Assembly (NCBI GenBank): GCA_965227775.1
Contig: OZ245777.1
Coordinates: forward strand, 1,728,001 to 1,792,000
Length of the DNA stretch: 64,000 nt
Direction: 5' to 3'
DNA from: Phycisphaerales bacterium
GTDB taxonomy: Bacteria > Planctomycetota > Phycisphaerae > Phycisphaerales > UBA1924
The position numbers were made by a program, and so were the translations under genes. Under the pieces are notes generated by a model. That model did not search any database. It had not been told where the DNA came from and saw nothing but the letters and a program-made list of their open reading frames with translations. This document shows positions 47,396 to 56,405 of this stretch, piece after piece; within the stretch, counting starts at the first letter, position 1, and each line of letters opens with the position of its first letter.

Positions 47396-50300
47396 TTACG
47401 AAATGGGAACCAATGCACCCTCGACGGCTGAGAGTGACAACCCGTGAGTGCTTGCGATCGCACGCCGGTAGAGGTCGAGTTGGCCCGGGCCGCGATCCCC
47501 AAGATCACCAGTCTTGAAGTCAAACACGGCGCACCGCACGACACGGCCTTCACGCCACCCCAGGACGAGCCGATCGATGCGACCCCGCACCAGCGTCGAT
47601 CGTCCCTTGACCTCTACAACAACCGAAATCGGTCGCTCCCGCTCGGCTGAAAGCTCGGTGACTCCGTCCCAACGGTCCGCGAAGCTCGCTCGAGCCAGGC
47701 ATCTTTGGAGTTCTCCCCGATCCAAAGCCGCTCGAACGCGTGCAGCGGCTGACGTCGTGAACTGGCTTCGCTGCTCGGCCCACGCCTCCGGGTCCGCGGG
47801 CGCATCCTCGAGCCACTCGACCGCCTCAAGCAGTCGATGGACCTCCGACCCCAATTCCGCGGCCGAGGCATCGGTCGAGAGCAGAAGCGCCACTTCCGGC
47901 GAATCCCCAAGCTCCGAAGGCCGCACTGTGGCGATCCGCCACGGCTGCTCAGGACCGCACCAGTTCTCCGGGACGGTGCTCGGCCGGGCCCACGTTGGTG
48001 GGACCGGCATCGCCTCACCCGTCCCAGACGCCACCTCTCGCATCCAGCCCTCGCTGCCGTAGCGCCACTCGCCCCCCGTATCGCCCAGGCCCGCCCACAC
48101 AACGCTGCCCAGGCCCCGCGCGTCCGATCGCACGAAGATCTCCAGATGCGCCTTCGCCCGGGTCATGCCCACGTACAGAAGACAGAGCTCGTCATACACG
48201 GCCCGCTCGCGCCAACGCCCGTACATGCCGGCCAGCGTGGAGCAATGCCCTCGAACGTCCTTTGTTCCAGGCAGGCTCATTCTCGTAGGCACAGCCGTCG
48301 GGTCGTCGCTCTCGTCGCCCGCATCCGAGAGGAATCTCGGCGGACGCGACGCCAGCGACCCGTCCACGTCCATCAAGAACACAGCATCGAACTGCAGCCC
48401 CTTGGCCGCGTGCAACGTGAGCACTCGCACCAGCCCGCCTCCCCGTGGCTGCACGCGACTGGCTCGAACGGAGGCGATAAAGTCGTCGATCCCGCCTCCC
48501 TCGGCGGCCTCGGCCTCGTAGTCCTCGGCCAGGTGCACCAGATCGGCCAGCCGCTTGCGACCCCGGTCGTTGGCAGCCTCGCCCGCGTGCGACGCGAGCC
48601 ATTCAACCGTGCGTGCGAGCCCCTGCTCGAACACCCGCATCGCGAGCTCTCGAGAAAGCTGCCTGCTCCGGCCGACATCGCTCCAATCGATGAGGCCGAT
48701 GCCGCGTCCGAGTGGGCTCGTGGCTACCGCGAATCGGCTTGGCCCGTCTCCCGGGTGGGCCGCCAGGTACAACGCCGACAGCACGGCCTCCACGACCGGA
48801 TGGTCGCACGGGCTCGCCGACGTGTTCGAGACCGCCGGCACGCCGCGTTCGGCGAGCGCAATCACGAGCTTGCCGATCACCCGGCGACGGCGTACCAGCA
48901 CGGCGATCTCCGCCTGCGCACAAGCGTTATGCGTTCTCGCCACCGCGTCCGCGACGAGCCTGATCATCTCGTCCTCGTCGTCGGGTTCATCGAGTGCGCT
49001 CGCGAGATCGACCACGCGGACGAACCCCTCGCCATTCACGGCCGACTTGTGCGTCTCGAACTGGTCGGCGAACCGTGCCGCGGCCCCGCCGTGCGGCTGC
49101 ATGCTCGGATTCTCGCGCAGGTGCCCAAACACCTGGTTGACGGCGTGCACGATGGTGCCGCGACATCGATAGGTATCGACGAGCTCGCTCGTGTGCATCT
49201 GCTGCCAGTGCTGCGAGACATACGGCAGCAGCCCGGCCTGCGCGTTCCGCCAGCCGTACAGCGACTGCTTCACATCACCCACGACGAACACAGAACGGTC
49301 TCGGTCTCCGCCCGCCACCGCCTCATCGATGAGCGGCTCCAGCACGCGCCACTGATCGATCGACGTGTCCTGGAATTCGTCGAGCAGGACGTGGTCAAAC
49401 TGTGCATCCATCTGATACGCGACCTGTTGCGTCTCCAGGTCGCTCTCGGCAAGAGCACGCCAGAGATCACCCAGCGAGTACGCCCGATGCTCGCGGCGTA
49501 CGTCGTCCTCGATCTCCACCGCCCGCGACAGCAACGCTCCGGCGACGAGATTGCGCTGATGCAGCGCTTCGACTTCGAGCCGGATCACGCCTCGAAGGAC
49601 CGTTCGCAACTCGGGGATCCACTCGCCGGGCACCACGACCCGCGAGAAGACCGGCGCATAATCCTCGCAGCCAGCGACGAGCTTCGTACTGATCGCAGCG
49701 CCAAAATCGCCCCGTTCTACCGCAGAGACAACCGCTGCCTGCGCCTTGGCCCAGTTCTTGTTTGGTGTACCGTTCTTGTTCTCGGGGATCGGCAGTTCGC
49801 CAATCCGCTTTCCCGCCGCTCGCACCTCATCGAGCGATGGCCCCTTGGTCGCATCCTGGGCAAGGCATGCCCACGCGTCCGGCTGGGCCCTGCGAATCTC
49901 AGCGCCAGAATCCGCGAGCAATTCGGCGAGGGTCTCATCGCCCCTCGTGCTGCCTTCGCGGCCCGTCAATGTGCGGATCGACGCTCGTTCTTCTTGCGAG
50001 CCAAGCCCCAGGAGCAACCGCTCGACCACTTCCGCGCGCAGCTGCGCTTCGACGTGATCGAAAGCCTGCCTCCAGGGCGATACCAGACCCAGTTGCGGCG
50101 CGAGCGACCGCGCCAGGCCCTGGGCCGTGCTGTCGAGCGTGCCCATCCGCACGCGGTGGATGCTCCGGCACAGCCGCTTCAGCACCTCGAGCCAGCCCGA
50201 TGCGTCGAGCGCAACGCCCGCGTGCACTGAGAGCTCTGCCGCGGCAGCATCGTCTGCAGCGGCGTTGGCAATGCGGGTGAGCAGCCGCTCGCGGATCTCT

Positions 50301-50458
50301 CCGGCCGCCTGCCGGGTAAACGTCGCAGCAAGGATGCGCTCGGGCGGCACACCGCGTGCCAGCAGGCCCGCGAGCCGGTTTGTCAGCGCGAAGGTCTTGC
50401 CCGTGCCGGCGGAGGCCATCACGACCTCGAACGCGCGCGTGTCTTGGGTGCTCGTCAT
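47396..50458 (-). CDS. addA: AddA-like UvrD helicase/nuclease
   Basis: ASAGTGKT, TFT, DEFQD, GDVKQSLY, LHAAKGLQF, YVGMTRA; C-terminal GRIDR..DFKT..QL. Confidence 0.88.
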   Translation of the reverse strand: MTSTQDTRAFEVVMASAGTGKTFALTNRLAGLLARGVPPERILAATFTRQAAGEIRERLLTRIANAAADDAAAAELSVHAGVALDASGWLEVLKRLCRSIHRVRMGTLDSTAQGLARSLAPQLGLVSPWRQAFDHVEAQLRAEVVERLLLGLGSQEERASIRTLTGREGSTRGDETLAELLADSGAEIRRAQPDAWACLAQDATKGPSLDEVRAAGKRIGELPIPENKNGTPNKNWAKAQAAVVSAVERGDFGAAISTKLVAGCEDYAPVFSRVVVPGEWIPELRTVLRGVIRLEVEALHQRNLVAGALLSRAVEIEDDVRREHRAYSLGDLWRALAESDLETQQVAYQMDAQFDHVLLDEFQDTSIDQWRVLEPLIDEAVAGGDRDRSVFVVGDVKQSLYGWRNAQAGLLPYVSQHWQQMHTSELVDTYRCRGTIVHAVNQVFGHLRENPSMQPHGGAAARFADQFETHKSAVNGEGFVRVVDLASALDEPDDEDEMIRLVADAVARTHNACAQAEIAVLVRRRRVIGKLVIALAERGVPAVSNTSASPCDHPVVEAVLSALYLAAHPGDGPSRFAVATSPLGRGIGLIDWSDVGRSRQLSRELAMRVFEQGLARTVEWLASHAGEAANDRGRKRLADLVHLAEDYEAEAAEGGGIDDFIASVRASRVQPRGGGLVRVLTLHAAKGLQFDAVFLMDVDGSLASRPPRFLSDAGDESDDPTAVPTRMSLPGTKDVRGHCSTLAGMYGRWRERAVYDELCLLYVGMTRAKAHLEIFVRSDARGLGSVVWAGLGDTGGEWRYGSEGWMREVASGTGEAMPVPPTWARPSTVPENWCGPEQPWRIATVRPSELGDSPEVALLLSTDASAAELGSEVHRLLEAVEWLEDAPADPEAWAEQRSQFTTSAAARVRAALDRGELQRCLARASFADRWDGVTELSAERERPISVVVEVKGRSTLVRGRIDRLVLGWREGRVVRCAVFDFKTGDLGDRGPGQLDLYRRAIASTHGLSLSAVEGALVPIS

Positions 50459-53175
50459 GGCACCACCCCAATCCGGCCCTCGGTGTGCTCGGGGTCAAGC
50501 AGCATGCCCACGCCCGCGAGCCGCGCGTGCGGCCCGTCGTACTTGGGCATGCCGAGTTCCGCGAGCGCCTCGATTCCGGAGCGGACATTCCTTGCTACAT
50601 CCATCGCGCATGCGTGCGCATCTTCCAGGTCTTCCTGGCTCCATCCCGCTTCCAGTACCTCGGCGTCGCTCCCGCCGAGAGAGATGTAGCCGAACACGGG
50701 AAGCGCCTCGATGCCGTGCTCGGTGGCGATCGGTCGGGCCAGGATCTCGTAGAGCGGCAGCTGCAAGTCTCGCCACTGTCCATCGCGACCACGGTGCGCC
50801 GGGCCAGGCTTTCGCGATGACTCGGACGTCTTGTAGTCGAAAAGCGCGAGCGATCCGGTCTGGGCGTGGTAGTCGATGCGGTCGATCTTGCCACGCAGGC
50901 TCACGCCGGTATCGCCGAGGGGCGGCTGGCCTGCTGGCGTCCACTCGACTTCCAGCGTTCGCCAGCCCTCAGCCCGCCGTGCTGCTTCCACACGCGCCAT
51001 CGCCGCCAGCCGATGCTCGGCCGCGTCGATCTGGGCAAGCGTGATCGCCGAAGGCCGACGCCCCGCGAGCGTCTCGGCGGTCTGCCAAAGCGCTGCGTGC
51101 ATGCGCCGCCGGATCTCGCCCTCGTCCTCGATGTTGCGCGCGTCCGCGTTCGCCCCAAAGACCGCGAGCGCCTCGTGCATCAGCGTGCCAAATGTGTTGG
51201 CCTCCAGTCGCGACACGCTCGGCATCGGGGTCACCTCGCGCAGCCCGAGCACGAATCGCAGGTAGAACTGGTACGGGCTCTCCAGGAAGTTCCGGAAGCT
51301 GGTGACCGACATGCTCGTGATTGGCTCGGCCTGCCGCATCACGCCCACCCGATATCCGCACGCGGGTGGCGCGTCGGTCGCGGGGGAGGTCTCGAATCGC
51401 TCATGGACTCGCCGCAGGACCCGAGCCGGCCCATCACCACTCCCGCGTAGCAGCAGCGTGCTTGGCAGCAAGGGCTCGCCCTTGGCGTCGATCGAGCCCA
51501 GCACGAAGCGAACGCGTCGCCCGCCGCCGAGGAGCGAAGCCATGTTCGCCGCGTCGCGCGCAAGCGTGCGGTCGGCCCCAGGCAGCCCGAGAGCCCGGCG
51601 AAGACCTTCGGTGATGAGTGGCCCCGGCGCCGTCGCGGCGGGCAGCGTCGAGTGATGCGCGCCCATCACCACCATGGATGGCGATGGATCGAGTGGGAGT
51701 TCGAGCCAGCCCAGCAGGTCAAGGTCCTCGCCGCCGGGTTCGGTGGCCGCGCCTCGCTGATCAAGCTGGCTGAGTACCAATGCGATGGCCTCGTGCGCCG
51801 ACGCAGGGCGGGCATCGAGCGCGTCGGGTAACTGGGACAACGTGCGAATCTGCTCGCCGATGGCCGCGATCGCTTCGATCGAACCCGAGCCGAGTGCGTC
51901 CTGTGACGAACCAAGCAACTCTGTGAGCACCTGCTGCAAAGCGGGAGCCCACTCACTCAGCAGCCGAGGCTTGCTGCGCAGCGGTGTCAAGAGCGTCTTT
52001 AGCCGGGCCTGCGCGTGAACGACGATGCGGCGCGGCCGCTCGACCTGCGGGGTGCCTTTGGGGAGCTTCGCAAACGCCTTGGTCGGAAGTGCTGCGCCCG
52101 CGTAATCGTCGATCGCGCGTGGTAGCTGTTCGAACCGGTGCTCGGCCCGCGCGAGCGTGGAAACCACGATCGGATTGGTCAGCACTCGAGCGATCGCGAC
52201 AAAGCTGCGTTCGCGCAAGAGCAGCCCGATGTCCGCCAGCAATCTCGCCGGACCCGTCGATGACACAGGAAGGCCCCAGGCAACGTGCACGTTCAGCCCG
52301 TGCCCCTCCGCGGCTCGGCGCACCGCACCGGCCAGCGACTCATCGGCCGTGCCGATCGCACTCGTGTTCAGGTCGACGGCAGCCCGGACCGCGAGGCCGC
52401 CCTGGGACTCCGCGCCTTCGGTCACGAAGACGTCCGCAGGGTCGACGTCGATCTCCGCATCACGCCAGTAGTCCGCTCGCACGACGCCGTCGGCATCGAG
52501 GCCCTCATCGAGCATCACAAGCGCGTGCACCGGGCATGGCGCACGCTCAAGCATCCGCCTCGCGAGCGGCGGCAGGTCCATGCACGCCAAGAGCACGATC
52601 TCGCGCACGCCACCATCGAACGAGCCGCCCGCATCGATCGCGTGCAGCGAAGCGTCGGCCAAGCCAGCCGCCACGAGCAGCGACTCGTACTCGTCTTGCA
52701 GCGCCGCGAGCGCGTGCCACCGCTGCGGTTCCTCGAGCGGCGGCAGCTCAGCGGTCGCGACGTCGCGGCACCGCAAGCCACCGCGCGACAGCTCATCCAG
52801 CGCCCGCGAGATCTCATTCGCCCAGGCCTCAGGCTCGGCAACGTCGGGCAGGACCGGTGCGACATCTTCCGGCGACGCGTCGCGAAGCACGCGCGCCCAC
52901 GCGAGCCGGCGGTGTATGTCGCTGGCCGGGCGCGCGGCCGGCGCCATCGCCTCGGCGAGCCGGCCGGCAGTCACGACGTTCGGAGGTGTGAGTACCAGCG
53001 ATCGCTCTTGGCACGCCTGGGCCAGCAGCGTTGTCAGCACGCGCCCCGCGCGTGCCCCGGGCGTCGCGACGAGAACCTCCGAGAGATCGAGCAAGCCATC
53101 GCTGGCGCGGGCCACAAACCACTCGACGGCCGCGGCCATCGGTGTCTTTGAGGCGTCGAGCCGGTGGGTCTGCAT
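50455..53175 (-). CDS. addB: AddB-like PD-(D/E)xK nuclease subunit
   Basis: Degenerate helicase N-terminus; FGTLMH, LRGKIDRID..DYKT, DLQLPLY; ATGA-coupled to addA. Confidence 0.8.
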   Translation of the reverse strand: MQTHRLDASKTPMAAAVEWFVARASDGLLDLSEVLVATPGARAGRVLTTLLAQACQERSLVLTPPNVVTAGRLAEAMAPAARPASDIHRRLAWARVLRDASPEDVAPVLPDVAEPEAWANEISRALDELSRGGLRCRDVATAELPPLEEPQRWHALAALQDEYESLLVAAGLADASLHAIDAGGSFDGGVREIVLLACMDLPPLARRMLERAPCPVHALVMLDEGLDADGVVRADYWRDAEIDVDPADVFVTEGAESQGGLAVRAAVDLNTSAIGTADESLAGAVRRAAEGHGLNVHVAWGLPVSSTGPARLLADIGLLLRERSFVAIARVLTNPIVVSTLARAEHRFEQLPRAIDDYAGAALPTKAFAKLPKGTPQVERPRRIVVHAQARLKTLLTPLRSKPRLLSEWAPALQQVLTELLGSSQDALGSGSIEAIAAIGEQIRTLSQLPDALDARPASAHEAIALVLSQLDQRGAATEPGGEDLDLLGWLELPLDPSPSMVVMGAHHSTLPAATAPGPLITEGLRRALGLPGADRTLARDAANMASLLGGGRRVRFVLGSIDAKGEPLLPSTLLLRGSGDGPARVLRRVHERFETSPATDAPPACGYRVGVMRQAEPITSMSVTSFRNFLESPYQFYLRFVLGLREVTPMPSVSRLEANTFGTLMHEALAVFGANADARNIEDEGEIRRRMHAALWQTAETLAGRRPSAITLAQIDAAEHRLAAMARVEAARRAEGWRTLEVEWTPAGQPPLGDTGVSLRGKIDRIDYHAQTGSLALFDYKTSESSRKPGPAHRGRDGQWRDLQLPLYEILARPIATEHGIEALPVFGYISLGGSDAEVLEAGWSQEDLEDAHACAMDVARNVRSGIEALAELGMPKYDGPHARLAGVGMLLDPEHTEGRIGVVP

Positions 53176-53241
53176 GAACACCCCTCCGTGGGAATCCGTG
53201 AGCCGACCGGGACGACCAGCGAGCATAGTGTAGTCAGAGGA

Positions 53242-55731
53242 ATGTCCAAAACCCAAACAAAACAAGCCGCCGCGAGCGTGCCGACGCTCGACCGCCTCCG
53301 CGGCTGGTTTGCCGACCGCGGCTGGCAACCGCACGAATTCCAGGAACAGGCGTGGGCACTCCAGGGCGAGGGCAAGAGCGGCCTGATCCTCGTGCCCACG
53401 GGCTCGGGCAAGACCTATGCCGCCTACTTCGGCCCGTTGGCCGCCCTCGCCGACCAAGTGACCGACCCCCGCAAACTGTCAATCCTCTATATAAGCCCAC
53501 TCCGCGCGCTGTCTCGGGACATCGAGCAGGCCCTCCGAGCCCCGGTCGAAGACCTCGGCTTGGAGATCTCGGTCGAAAGCCGCACCGGTGATACGTCGAG
53601 CACGGTCCGCAGCCGGCAACGGCGAGGCCTACCCAACGTGCTCGTGACCACGCCCGAGTCGCTCTGTCTGCTTCTCACGCAGGCAGACGCAAAGCAGAGG
53701 TTCACCGGCCTTCAGGCCGTCATCGTCGACGAATGGCACGAGCTGCTCAGCAGCAAGCGCGGCAGCCAGGTCGAGCTGGGGCTGGCTCGCCTCCGCCGTT
53801 TTGCGCCGGGCGTCCAGACGTGGGGCCTGAGCGCCACGATCGCCAACGCCCCAGAGGCAGCGTCGGCGCTGGTCGGTCCCGATGCCCAGCCCGAGATCGT
53901 CCGAGCGCCCATCGATCGCCCCGTCATCGTCGAGTCGCTCCGGCCGCAGAACATCCGCCGATTCCCCTGGGCTGGGCACATGGGCCTGGCGATGCTCGAC
54001 GAGGTGCTTGCCTACCTCGACCCCGACCAGCCGACGCTGCTGTTTACCAACACACGCTCGCAAGCGGAGAGGTGGTTCCACGCCATCTCCATCAAGCGGC
54101 CGCAGTGGGAGGGCCGGCTTGCGCTGCACCACGGCTCGATCAACCGCGAGGAGCGCGAGCGTGTCGAGCTGGGGGTGAAGAACGGCGATGTCGGCATTGT
54201 CGTGTGCACCAGTTCGCTCGACCTTGGTGTCGATTTCGCGCCCGTCGAGCGTGTCGTGCAGATCGGCTCGCCCAAGGGCGTCGCGCGACTCATGCAACGC
54301 GCAGGGCGCGCGCGTCATCGGCCGGGCGAGCCCTGCGAGATCGTGTGCGTGCCCACCAACGCCCTGGAGTTGCTGGAGATCGCCGCCGTCCGCGACGCGA
54401 TCGATGCCGGCGCCGTTGAGCCTCGCGATCCGGTGAATCAGCCGCTGGATGTGCTGGCCCAGCATATGGTGACCGTGGCGCTCGGTGGCGGCTTCGATGC
54501 CGACGACCTGTTCGACGAGGTTCGCTCGGCATGGTCGTTCCGTGATCTGTCGCGAGAATCTTTCGATTGGACGCTGCTGCTCGTGACCCAAGGCGGCGCG
54601 ACGCTCAGTGCCTACGAACGCTTCCACAAGGTCGAGTTGGTCGAGGGCCTGTACCGCGTGCCCAACAAGCGCATCGCCCAGATGCACCGGCTCAACGTCG
54701 GCACGATCACGGGCCCAAGCACCATCGAGCTGCGTTTTGCCGGCGGGCGAAGCCTGGGGCACATCGAGGACAGCTTCGTCGGGCGACTCCGGGAGGGCCA
54801 GCACTTCAATTTCGCCGGCCAGACGCTTCGCTTTGTTGGCGTGCGCAACGAAGTTGCGGTCGTGCGCAAGGGCACGAGGCAGACGAACCTGACCCCTATA
54901 TGGGGCGGCACGCGACTGCCGATCAGCGAAAGCCTGTCGCAAGCCGTGCGGCAGTCGCTCGAGCATGCCTCACGCGCCGTCCAGACTGGCGATGCCGATG
55001 GCCTGCCAGTGGAGCTCGAGGCATTCCTGCCGGTCGTGGCGGTCCAATCGCATCGGTCTGAGGTTCCAGGGGCCGACGAGGTCTTGTTCGAGTTGCTCGA
55101 GAGCCACGATGGGTTTCGGTTGCTGGTGTACCCCTTCGAGGGCAGGCTCGTGCACAGCGGGCTGAGTGCCTTGCTTTCTCTAAGGCTCGGCCGCATCCAG
55201 CCGGCGACGTTCACGACAACCTTCAACGACTACGGATTCGAGTTGCTATGCCCCGAGCCGTTCCCCTACGACGAGCACCTGGCGCCAGACCTGTTCTCGC
55301 GCGAGAACCTGGTGCATGATGCGCTCGAGAGTGTGAATAGCGCCGAGCTCGCCCGGCTGCAGTTCCGCGAGATTGCGCGCGTCGCCGGGCTCGTGTTTCA
55401 GGGCTATCCCGGTGCGCGAACGCGGGCTGCGGGCAAGCACCTGCAGGCTTCGAGCGGGCTGATCTTCGACGTACTCAAGGAGTTTGACCCCGATCATCTG
55501 CTGCTCGCCCAAGCACGGCGAGAAGTCCTGGACAATCAGTTCGAGCAGGGGCGACTCGCGGCGGCGCTCGATCGCATCGCGTCGAGTCGGTTCAATGTCG
55601 TGCGGGCCGACAAACCCAGCCCGCTGGCGCTGCCGCTCATCATCGAGCGCATTGGTACGCAGACGATGTCGAGCGAGGACCTCGAGTCTCGCCTCGCGCG
55701 CATGCAAGCAGAGATGCAGGCCGACCTATGA
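53242..55731 (+). CDS. Ligase-associated DNA damage response DEXH-box helicase (Lhr-core)
   Basis: PTGSGKT, TTPESL, DEWHEL, HHGS, SSLDLGVD, QRAGR, YPFEGR. Confidence 0.9.
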   Translation: MSKTQTKQAAASVPTLDRLRGWFADRGWQPHEFQEQAWALQGEGKSGLILVPTGSGKTYAAYFGPLAALADQVTDPRKLSILYISPLRALSRDIEQALRAPVEDLGLEISVESRTGDTSSTVRSRQRRGLPNVLVTTPESLCLLLTQADAKQRFTGLQAVIVDEWHELLSSKRGSQVELGLARLRRFAPGVQTWGLSATIANAPEAASALVGPDAQPEIVRAPIDRPVIVESLRPQNIRRFPWAGHMGLAMLDEVLAYLDPDQPTLLFTNTRSQAERWFHAISIKRPQWEGRLALHHGSINREERERVELGVKNGDVGIVVCTSSLDLGVDFAPVERVVQIGSPKGVARLMQRAGRARHRPGEPCEIVCVPTNALELLEIAAVRDAIDAGAVEPRDPVNQPLDVLAQHMVTVALGGGFDADDLFDEVRSAWSFRDLSRESFDWTLLLVTQGGATLSAYERFHKVELVEGLYRVPNKRIAQMHRLNVGTITGPSTIELRFAGGRSLGHIEDSFVGRLREGQHFNFAGQTLRFVGVRNEVAVVRKGTRQTNLTPIWGGTRLPISESLSQAVRQSLEHASRAVQTGDADGLPVELEAFLPVVAVQSHRSEVPGADEVLFELLESHDGFRLLVYPFEGRLVHSGLSALLSLRLGRIQPATFTTTFNDYGFELLCPEPFPYDEHLAPDLFSRENLVHDALESVNSAELARLQFREIARVAGLVFQGYPGARTRAAGKHLQASSGLIFDVLKEFDPDHLLLAQARREVLDNQFEQGRLAAALDRIASSRFNVVRADKPSPLALPLIIERIGTQTMSSEDLESRLARMQAEMQADL

Positions 55732-56405
55732 CCGTCACCACCGGCGACATCTCGATCACGGTGGCCGGGCACGAGCTGCTGCTGATGCACGAGCGTGCGG
55801 TCTATTGGGAAGCACAGGGCTGGCTGCTTGTGGCCGATACGCATTGGGGCAAGTGCCAGGCGTTCCGAAACGCCGGAAGTGCGATGCCAGTCGGCCCGCA
55901 GCAGGCGGACCTCAAGCGGCTCAGCGAGGCGGCCCAACGTGTTGCGGCCGGCCGCGTTGTCGTGCTCGGCGACCTCGTGCACGGCCCGTCTGCATTCGCC
56001 CCGGGCATGGAAGAGCTGATTCGCCAGTGGCGGCCGACGCTGAACTGCGAGCTTGCGCTGGTGCCCGGCAACCACGATCGTGGCATTACCAGCCCGCGCG
56101 GCCGAGCGATGCTCGATGGCTGGGATGTCGTTGTACTGCCCGCGCGGATCGAGATTGATGGTCTGACGTTAACGCACGAGCCGCCCATCATCGCCCGCGG
56201 GTACACGCTGTGTGGTCACGTGCACCCCACGGTACGCCTTCGTGGCCGGGGCGAGCGCGTAAAGCTGCCGTGCTTCTGGCTCGACAATGAGTACCACGCC
56301 CTTGTGCTACCCGCGTTCTCAAGCTTCGTCGATGGCGCCCCGGTCAAGGTCGGGCAGGAAGATGCTCGTTGGGCGACAGCTGGTTCGCGTGTGTGGGCGG
56401 TGTAG
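55728..56405 (+). CDS. pdeM: Ligase-associated metallophosphoesterase/endonuclease
   Basis: ADTHWGK, LGDLVH, GNHD, THEP, GHVHP, LPAF; ATGA-coupled to the helicase. Confidence 0.88.
   Translation: MTVTTGDISITVAGHELLLMHERAVYWEAQGWLLVADTHWGKCQAFRNAGSAMPVGPQQADLKRLSEAAQRVAAGRVVVLGDLVHGPSAFAPGMEELIRQWRPTLNCELALVPGNHDRGITSPRGRAMLDGWDVVVLPARIEIDGLTLTHEPPIIARGYTLCGHVHPTVRLRGRGERVKLPCFWLDNEYHALVLPAFSSFVDGAPVKVGQEDARWATAGSRVWAV

Noticed and set aside
56344..56405. 62-nt convergent overlap of pdeM and NRPS ends (also panD/GT4 sharing CTAG at 38703-38706)
   Set aside because: Tail-to-tail overlaps are common in compact high-GC genomes; no evidence of function
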